From an uncultured bacterium (GTDB lineage Bacteria > Fidelibacterota > Marinisomatia > Marinisomatales > TCS56), in the NCBI GenBank assembly GCA_964539785.1, contig CAZIJQ010000042.1:1-20866 (forward strand): a stretch of 20,866 bases of DNA, written 5' to 3'. The notes beneath the pieces were generated by a model. That model ran no database searches. It had not been told where the DNA came from and was given only the letters and a program-made list of their open reading frames with translations. The position numbers and the translations under genes were made by a program. Each line of letters opens with the position of its first letter. Position 1 is the stretch's first letter. This document shows, piece after piece, positions 14,839-20,866 of the stretch.

Positions 14839-14940
14839 ACACATAATTAATTTCAATATATAGCTGATGATTGCGGCCTATCTCAATCAATTCGTTTTAC
14901 AAACAATAAATCGTATAAAAATGTCTCCAACGGTTACAGC

Positions 14941-16830
14941 TTAGCTGATTGTATCTTCGATTTTTCCCAATCGATCCAGCAATTTAAGATAAGCAGTCTC
15001 GAGCTCTTCCTGGGTAGTCATAGCCTGTTGGATTTTTAAATAATCGCTGGCGTTAGCTGGATCATTAATAATAATCGTCTGGCTTTCCAGATCCGATTCC
15101 ATTTTCTTGATTTCACGGGTTAGTTTTTTACGCTCATTTTCGAGCCGCTTTTGCTCTTTGCGAGCCACTATTCGAGCTTCTTTGTCAGCAGATTCTCCCA
15201 GCCCCTTTTTCAATTTCCCAGAGCTACCGTCTTCTTGTTGGCTGGATTTCCAGCTGTAGTATTCATAATTACCCGTATAAACATTAAGTTTTCCATCGCC
15301 GATATCGATCGTCATATTTGTTACTGCATTCAGGAAATGGCGATCGTGCGAAATACAAACCAGGGTTCCCTGGAATTCGGCCAAAACCCGTTCAACAACA
15401 TCCCGTGATATCATATCCAGATGATTGGTTGGTTCATCCAAAAGCAGCAGGTGCGACGGCTCCACCAGCATGCGGGCTAATGCCAGCCTAGATTTTTCAC
15501 CACCGGATAATACTTTTACCAGTTTTTCAACCGTGTCACCTGAGAATAAAAAACCACCGAGATAACCCCTGATCTGAGAAATGGACCAGCCACCAGCGAC
15601 CAATTCAATAGTTTCGTAAACAGTTTTTTGAGGGTCAAGTATTTCCAGTTGATGCTGGGCAAAATACGCTTTTTCCACGCCGTCCCCAAATTCCAGGCTG
15701 CCCCCGGACAAACCGGTTTCTTCCGCCAGCATTTTCAGCAGGGTCGATTTACCGGCGCCATTGTATCCCACTAGTCCGATTTTCTGTCCCCGTTCAATTG
15801 TCAAATTCAGCCGGGGATATACCACCAGTTCACCGTATTGCTTACGGGCTTCTTTCAGTTGCACCACCTTTAAAGGGGCACGTCCCGGCTGCGGAATTGT
15901 CAACCGGAAATGAGGCTTGTCGGTGGTCGGTGCATCCACCAGCTCCATTTTTTCCAACTGCTTGACCCGGCTCTGAACTTGACTGGCTTTAGTATTCTTG
16001 TAACGAAATCGTTCAATGAACCGTTCGGTCGAAGCAATTTTCCGTTGCTGATTTCGGAAGGCTGCTTCCTGCTGGTCGTGCCGCAATTTTTTCTGTTCTA
16101 CAAATGAAGAAAAATTTCCTTTATACAAATTTATTACTGCCTGATCCAGCTCGACAATATGAGTAACCGACGTATCGAGAAAGGTGCGGTCATGGCTGAT
16201 CATAATCAGTCCGCCTTTCCAATTCGCCAGAAAAGCTTCTAACCAGATTGTTGCATCAAGGTCGAGATGATTGGTTGGTTCGTCAAGGAAAAGCATATCC
16301 GGTTGGAGCAGCAGAATGCCAGCCAGGGCTACTCGCATGCGCCAGCCACCGCTGAATTCTTCCAGCAATCTGTGAAAATCTGTCGTTTGGAAACCAAGTC
16401 CGTTCAAAATCCGCCTGGCCCGATCTTCCAGTGACCAGCCCTCGAGCCGCTCATAATTTTCCTGCAACTGGCTCAACCGGCTTAATATTATCTGGTTATG
16501 GGGTTCTTCAGCCAATTGCTGGGAGGCGGTATAAATTTTTTCTTCCAGTTCCGCCACCTCCGGGTATGACTTCATGACTTCTTCAAGAATTGAGCGCCGG
16601 GAACCGGGAATAATATCCTGAGGCAAATAACCGATCACGGTTCCTTTATCAACTAACACATTACCGTTATCGGTAGTTTCATAGCCCAGCATCAGCCGTA
16701 AAAGGGTGGTTTTTCCTGATCCGTTGGGTCCAACCAACCCGATGCGCATACCGGGTTTTATTACCAATCCCGTATTGTTAAACAGGACTTTGTCCGGAAA
16801 TTCTTTTGATATTCCTTCGAGACGAATCAT
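14941..16830 (-). CDS. ABC-F family ATPase (two ABC ATPase domains, C-terminal coiled-coil; Uup/YheS-like)
   Basis: 629 aa. Two Walker A motifs (GPNGSGKTTLL, GYNGAGKSTLL), two ABC signatures (LSGGWRMRVALA, LSGGEKSRLALA) and an inter-domain linker. No transmembrane domain. Lys/Glu-rich C-terminal coiled-coil. Confidence 0.85.
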   Translation of the reverse strand: MIRLEGISKEFPDKVLFNNTGLVIKPGMRIGLVGPNGSGKTTLLRLMLGYETTDNGNVLVDKGTVIGYLPQDIIPGSRRSILEEVMKSYPEVAELEEKIYTASQQLAEEPHNQIILSRLSQLQENYERLEGWSLEDRARRILNGLGFQTTDFHRLLEEFSGGWRMRVALAGILLLQPDMLFLDEPTNHLDLDATIWLEAFLANWKGGLIMISHDRTFLDTSVTHIVELDQAVINLYKGNFSSFVEQKKLRHDQQEAAFRNQQRKIASTERFIERFRYKNTKASQVQSRVKQLEKMELVDAPTTDKPHFRLTIPQPGRAPLKVVQLKEARKQYGELVVYPRLNLTIERGQKIGLVGYNGAGKSTLLKMLAEETGLSGGSLEFGDGVEKAYFAQHQLEILDPQKTVYETIELVAGGWSISQIRGYLGGFLFSGDTVEKLVKVLSGGEKSRLALARMLVEPSHLLLLDEPTNHLDMISRDVVERVLAEFQGTLVCISHDRHFLNAVTNMTIDIGDGKLNVYTGNYEYYSWKSSQQEDGSSGKLKKGLGESADKEARIVARKEQKRLENERKKLTREIKKMESDLESQTIIINDPANASDYLKIQQAMTTQEELETAYLKLLDRLGKIEDTIS

Positions 16831-16832
16831 GG

Positions 16833-18146
16833 TTATTCTGAAATTTCCCCAATCAGAAAATTACCACAATCCTGAGTGAGAAGTACCTGACAGATTGTGT
16901 TTTTGAATGACTCATCTCCCGCTATTTTGACGCGGATATAATTGGGAGTCATTCCGGAAACCAGATCATCTTTCCCAATCGTTTCAAAAAGCACCGATTG
17001 AACTGTGTTTAGAAAACGTCGATTGTACACCTGTTTCTTTTTTGCGCTCATTTCACGCAAAATCGAAGCCCGTTTCTTTTTAACATGAAAATCAACCCGA
17101 TTCGGAAGCTTGGCCGCAATCGTACCATCCCGTTCAGAATACCTGAAAATGTGCAGGTATGAAAATGGAAGCCGCTCAACAACAGCTAATGTTTCAGCAA
17201 ATTCCGCTTCAGTTTCGCCGGGAAAACCAACAATCAAATCTGTTCCCCAGGCAACATTGGGAAGTATGCTTCCGATGCGACTGGCCAGTTTGAAATATTC
17301 AGCCAATTGGTATTTGCGCCGCATGCGATTGAGAACCGCAGGGGACCCGCTTTGTAATGGGATGTGCAAGTGAGGACAAATTGTGGGGCGTTCAGCCAGC
17401 AATTGCAATAGATCGTCAGATATTGTGTTGGGCTCGATCGAGCTAATTCTTATTCTATTCAATCCGGGAATAATGCTTAGTCTTTCCAGCAAATCCGCCA
17501 GTTTATTGCTACCATCCTGCCAAGTGCCAATATTAATCCCGGTAAGAACCAGTTCCCGATAGCCTCGATCCACGAGATTTTTAGCTTCGGTCAGGCATTC
17601 AGACATTTGGCGACTGCGAGCTTTACCCCGGGCAAAGGGGATTATACAATAAGAGCAGAAATAATCGCAGCCTTCCTGAATTTTCAGATAGGCCCGGGTT
17701 CGTCCGGTGGCAGAAATAAATTCCAATTCCCGATAATTTTCAATATCGCCGGATTCATTCACATAAACCAGCGGTTTGGCTACCTTTGTTTCCAGTTGGG
17801 TAATATATTCCAAAAGGCGATATTTTTCATTAGTCCCTAAAATCATATCAACACCAGCGATTGACGACAAATCCTCCGGATTTATCTGAGCATAGCAACC
17901 CATGGCAACAATTCTGCCCTGTGGTGATGCTTTGATAGCGTTCCTGATAATCTGGCGGCTCTTGCTGTCGGCCTCATTGGTGACGGTACAAGTATTAATC
18001 ACCGTTAAGTCCGCTGCCGACCGGAAAGGCACTAGCTCGAAACCATGACGCCTGAAATCCGCCGCGATAGCGTCTGTCTCCGACTGATTTAGCTTGCAGC
18101 CCAGAGTGTGAAAACTAACGGTTTTAATCTGAGATTGGTTTTTCAT
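16833..18146 (-). CDS. MiaB-family radical-SAM methylthiotransferase, most similar in N-terminus to MtaB (tRNA ms2t6A)
   Basis: 437 aa. Methylthiotransferase N-terminal (MTTase_N) domain (VSFHTLGCKLNQSETD), radical-SAM CxxxCxxC (CDYFCSYC) and a C-terminal TRAM-like domain. The 2-nt gap to the downstream ABC-F gene suggests an operon. Confidence 0.8.
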   Translation of the reverse strand: MKNQSQIKTVSFHTLGCKLNQSETDAIAADFRRHGFELVPFRSAADLTVINTCTVTNEADSKSRQIIRNAIKASPQGRIVAMGCYAQINPEDLSSIAGVDMILGTNEKYRLLEYITQLETKVAKPLVYVNESGDIENYRELEFISATGRTRAYLKIQEGCDYFCSYCIIPFARGKARSRQMSECLTEAKNLVDRGYRELVLTGINIGTWQDGSNKLADLLERLSIIPGLNRIRISSIEPNTISDDLLQLLAERPTICPHLHIPLQSGSPAVLNRMRRKYQLAEYFKLASRIGSILPNVAWGTDLIVGFPGETEAEFAETLAVVERLPFSYLHIFRYSERDGTIAAKLPNRVDFHVKKKRASILREMSAKKKQVYNRRFLNTVQSVLFETIGKDDLVSGMTPNYIRVKIAGDESFKNTICQVLLTQDCGNFLIGEISE

Positions 18147-18359
18147 GGTATTGTACAGGGGTCGGAATTTCGGTTGCTGCTAAATCTTAAACAAGCCGGG
18201 TATTTCTATCATTAGAAGCGATAAAAAGTATAGCTATTGCCAATAACTTTTATGGTCACTAATAAATATCATACCAAATAATTTATATTTATAAATAAGT
18301 ATTGATAATTTATCTAAGAAATACTACGTTTACTGTATAACATTTCTAGGAGCGGTACT

Positions 18360-18668
18360 ATGTTAATTGGAGATGATCTAAAACAAGTAAGGCGGGAACT
18401 GGGCTTAACTCAAAAAGGACTGGCTGAAAAGCTCGGCGTCAGTCTTCCGACAGTTGTCAATTGGGAACTGGGTAAATCCACACCGCGCGGTCAAAACCGA
18501 ATTAAATTAGACGAATTTTTGACCGAAACTATAGCTGATGAAGATTTCATCGATGATCAAATGTGGGATGATCTACAAATTGTATCTGATGAATTGGGTT
18601 TTGAGGATATGATAGAGCTATTTAAGACAATTGTCCGTAAACACAAACTTGGTTTGCTGGACCTTTAG
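18360..18668 (+). CDS. XRE-family (Cro/C1-type HTH) transcriptional regulator
   Basis: 102 aa. LKQVRRELGLTQKGLAEKLGVSLPTVVNWELGKSTP is a classical HTH_3 motif, followed by an acidic C-terminal tail. AGGAG sits 8 nt upstream. Confidence 0.7.
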   Translation: MLIGDDLKQVRRELGLTQKGLAEKLGVSLPTVVNWELGKSTPRGQNRIKLDEFLTETIADEDFIDDQMWDDLQIVSDELGFEDMIELFKTIVRKHKLGLLDL

Positions 18669-18670
18669 AT

Positions 18671-20866
18671 CTATTTACTGGTAAGGGTCCAGGTTCCATC
18701 CCAATCTTTACCGGGGGGGGTTTTCTTCATGTGTTCACAACGGGAAATATAGATTGCAGAGGGGTTTGTATTTCGACCGGGGAACATTATCTCCAGAGCT
18801 TCGGCTGTTTTAAAAACCTTGATTGCTTTATTCCAATTCTGATCAAGATACAAAGCCTGCCCTTCATGAAAAGCGACTACCGCCGCTGCGAGATTCGGAT
18901 CAAGTTTATCTTTTTCAGATAATAGCTCATAAACTTTTACCGGTACGCTTTTACCCTTAACTCGTACATAGTCCAGGAAGCGCCATTCGAATCTATCCTT
19001 TACCGCCACATAAGTTGTGTCCAGGACCTGGATATACACACCATATTGTTTCGCGGAAGCCTCTAACCGTGAGGCGATATTAACCGTATCACCCATCATA
19101 GTGTAATTCATACGCATGGTTGAACCCATATTACCGGTTACAATATCACCCGATCCCAACCCGATGCGGTGCTGCATATTGTGAACAATTTCCGGCCAAC
19201 CTTCTTCCGACTTCCATTTGGTACGCAATACAGCCAACTCCTGCTCCATCTCTAGGGCGGTCATGCAAGCCTGGTATTCATGGTCTTCAACGGGCATTGG
19301 TGAACCATAGAAGGCCACAATAGAATCGCCAATATACTTATCCAGTGTACCCTGGCGATTAAGTAAAACCGTGGTCATTTCAGTTAAATATTCGTTCATG
19401 AGACTGACCATCTTCGTTGGCTCCAGCACTTCGGAAAACGAAGAAAAGCTCTGGATATCGGAGAAAAAGGCGGTGTGATAACCGGCATCACCACCAAGTT
19501 TGGGTTCCTGCTTGGATTCGTACATTTGATCGATCAATTCCGGTGAAATATAGGTACTGAAAGTCGACTTCAAAAATCGTTTATCTTTCTCAGACACCAG
19601 AAAATTATACAGGAAAACACCCAGGTAGGTGGTCCCTACAGCCAGTACCGGACGAACAATTTCCCACGCAGCCAGAGCAGTCAGAAATCGGCTGTAGGCA
19701 AAAATAATCCAGCCAATTAATACAATTACCGGTATCAGCATGGCCAGGATCGGTCGTGCAATAATCAGTGAAACCAGAATACCGACCAGGAGGCAGGTAA
19801 TCACTGTAACCCAGAAGTTAGCCTGTTTACTGACCAGCTGAATAAATTCATCATTCAGGATACTATGCATTACGGTAGCATGAATCTCAACCCCCGCAAA
19901 GGTTTCCTGAACCGGTGTATTCCGCAAGTCCATTAATCCCGGCAGAGAAGAACCTACGATAGCGACCCGATCCTGCCAATATTCCGGCGGCAGCATTTCC
20001 GGATCGAAGCAGTACATATATGGCAAATAATAAAAGGTCTTAAAAAATCCATAATAATTAACAAAAACACGGCCCTGATCGTCAATGGGGAGCTCCCGGA
20101 CAATTTCGCCGGCGCGGTTGGTCAAGGTCAGGATCAGTTTGGCAAAATCATAGGAGAAACCATCCGCCGGAACATCCAGGATATCCATGGCTGCCGCCAT
20201 TACCAGCGATGGGTAAACATGTTGCGGACCCTCAAAAAAGATTGCAGTTGGTGCCCGTCGGATTATGCCATCTTCATCCTGGGGGAAATTGGCGCTGCCG
20301 GCCCGCCGGGCAACAGACAACAGTTCCAGGTGAGTATTGCCGATACGTTCCGCCCGAGGCAGTTGCAACGCTTGCTCCAGGGGAATATCCAAAATATGCC
20401 GACTGGGATCGTACCCGGCCGGTTCACTATCCATGGGATAGAGAAAAGTACTGCTATCAGCAGCCTCAAAAACCAGGGCGTGGTAGGCTTTATTGCTGGC
20501 AGCAGTAGATTCGACAAATCTGGCGGGATCGTTGGAGATTAGGAACTGTTCGGTAACCGCTGAAAGATCTTCGGCTGCCGGTGGGTTTTCAGAAACCAAG
20601 GCGTTTACCAGATCAAAATTGAAGGAGTTTTCCGCATCAAAAATAATATCAAAAAGAATGGCCTTGGGATTGCCGGAAGTCACCACATCGATCAACTGGC
20701 CATGGTAGGCATGGGGCCAGTCCTTATAATTACCCAGTCCTTCTACCGAGCTGAGATCAATATCAATGATTACAATATCATCAATTGAAGCTTCTTCACT
20801 ATCAGCCACTTTGGCCTTCATGCGAGAATCGTATGAGCGAAACTCATAACCATCTAAAACGGTCTT
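18671..20866 (-). CDS. CHASE2 sensor-domain class III adenylate/guanylate cyclase (N-terminus beyond window edge)
   Basis: The reading frame stays open from 20821 to the window end (KTVLDGYEFRSYDSR precedes the first Met), so the gene is partial. CHASE2-like extracytoplasmic region, then three TM helices (FWVTVITCLLVGILVSLII..., ILAMLIPVIVLIGWIIFAY, VLAVGTTYLGVFLYNFLV), then a cyclase domain (FSDIQSFSS...GDSIVAFYG...RIGLGSGDIVTGNMGS...GDTVNIASRLE). Confidence 0.8.
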   Translation of the reverse strand, partial: KTVLDGYEFRSYDSRMKAKVADSEEASIDDIVIIDIDLSSVEGLGNYKDWPHAYHGQLIDVVTSGNPKAILFDIIFDAENSFNFDLVNALVSENPPAAEDLSAVTEQFLISNDPARFVESTAASNKAYHALVFEAADSSTFLYPMDSEPAGYDPSRHILDIPLEQALQLPRAERIGNTHLELLSVARRAGSANFPQDEDGIIRRAPTAIFFEGPQHVYPSLVMAAAMDILDVPADGFSYDFAKLILTLTNRAGEIVRELPIDDQGRVFVNYYGFFKTFYYLPYMYCFDPEMLPPEYWQDRVAIVGSSLPGLMDLRNTPVQETFAGVEIHATVMHSILNDEFIQLVSKQANFWVTVITCLLVGILVSLIIARPILAMLIPVIVLIGWIIFAYSRFLTALAAWEIVRPVLAVGTTYLGVFLYNFLVSEKDKRFLKSTFSTYISPELIDQMYESKQEPKLGGDAGYHTAFFSDIQSFSSFSEVLEPTKMVSLMNEYLTEMTTVLLNRQGTLDKYIGDSIVAFYGSPMPVEDHEYQACMTALEMEQELAVLRTKWKSEEGWPEIVHNMQHRIGLGSGDIVTGNMGSTMRMNYTMMGDTVNIASRLEASAKQYGVYIQVLDTTYVAVKDRFEWRFLDYVRVKGKSVPVKVYELLSEKDKLDPNLAAAVVAFHEGQALYLDQNWNKAIKVFKTAEALEIMFPGRNTNPSAIYISRCEHMKKTPPGKDWDGTWTLTSK

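Noticed and set aside
1-20866. tRNA, rRNA, transposase/integrase or prophage genes
   Set aside because: Scanned intergenic regions (2113-2359, 2886-3045, 9774-10278, 11623-11726, 11922-12209, 14839-14940, 18147-18359). No cloverleaf-compatible sequences and no recombinase-like ORFs. Apart from the hairpin repeats, the window looks like core chromosome.

Overview
Bacterial chromosomal window of 20.9 kb with roughly 50% GC. It probably comes from an uncultivated FCB-group-like lineage: the first gene carries a type IX secretion (T9SS) C-terminal sorting domain, while some genes still have classical Shine-Dalgarno (SD) sites. The centrepiece is a minus-strand bacterial microcompartment (BMC) locus at 3046-9773. 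Its content matches the bioinformatically defined but experimentally uncharacterised sugar-phosphate-utilising (SPU) class. In transcription order the locus encodes: a SorC/DeoR-type regulator; a single polypeptide fusing an RpiB-type sugar-phosphate isomerase to deoxyribose-phosphate aldolase (DERA); a tandem-domain BMC-T shell protein; one BMC-H shell protein; a BMC-P vertex protein; a CoA-acylating aldehyde dehydrogenase with an N-terminal encapsulation-peptide-like helix; a second BMC-T with a ~65-aa disordered N-terminal extension; and two more BMC-P proteins. A phosphoglucomutase/phosphomannomutase (PGM/PMM)-superfamily mutase lies just upstream and is a candidate phosphopentomutase, followed by rpsU. 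No diol dehydratase, ethanolamine lyase, glycyl-radical enzyme, PduL, acetate kinase or alcohol dehydrogenase is present in the window. Non-coding content includes a family of hairpin repeats with a conserved 13-nt loop and co-varying 7-bp stems (REP/BIME-like, five copies) inside operon gaps and the leader. A TGAACATATGTTCA operator-like palindrome overlaps the regulator's translation start. A canonical intrinsic terminator on the plus strand has no annotated gene upstream of it. Flanking genes are: a T9SS-sorted M14 carboxypeptidase; a small secreted protein followed by a Lys-rich micro-ORF; a membrane protein; an SLC13/TrkA-C permease; an ABC-F ATPase; a MiaB-family (MtaB-like) methylthiotransferase; an XRE regulator; and a CHASE2 nucleotidyl cyclase that runs off the window edge.
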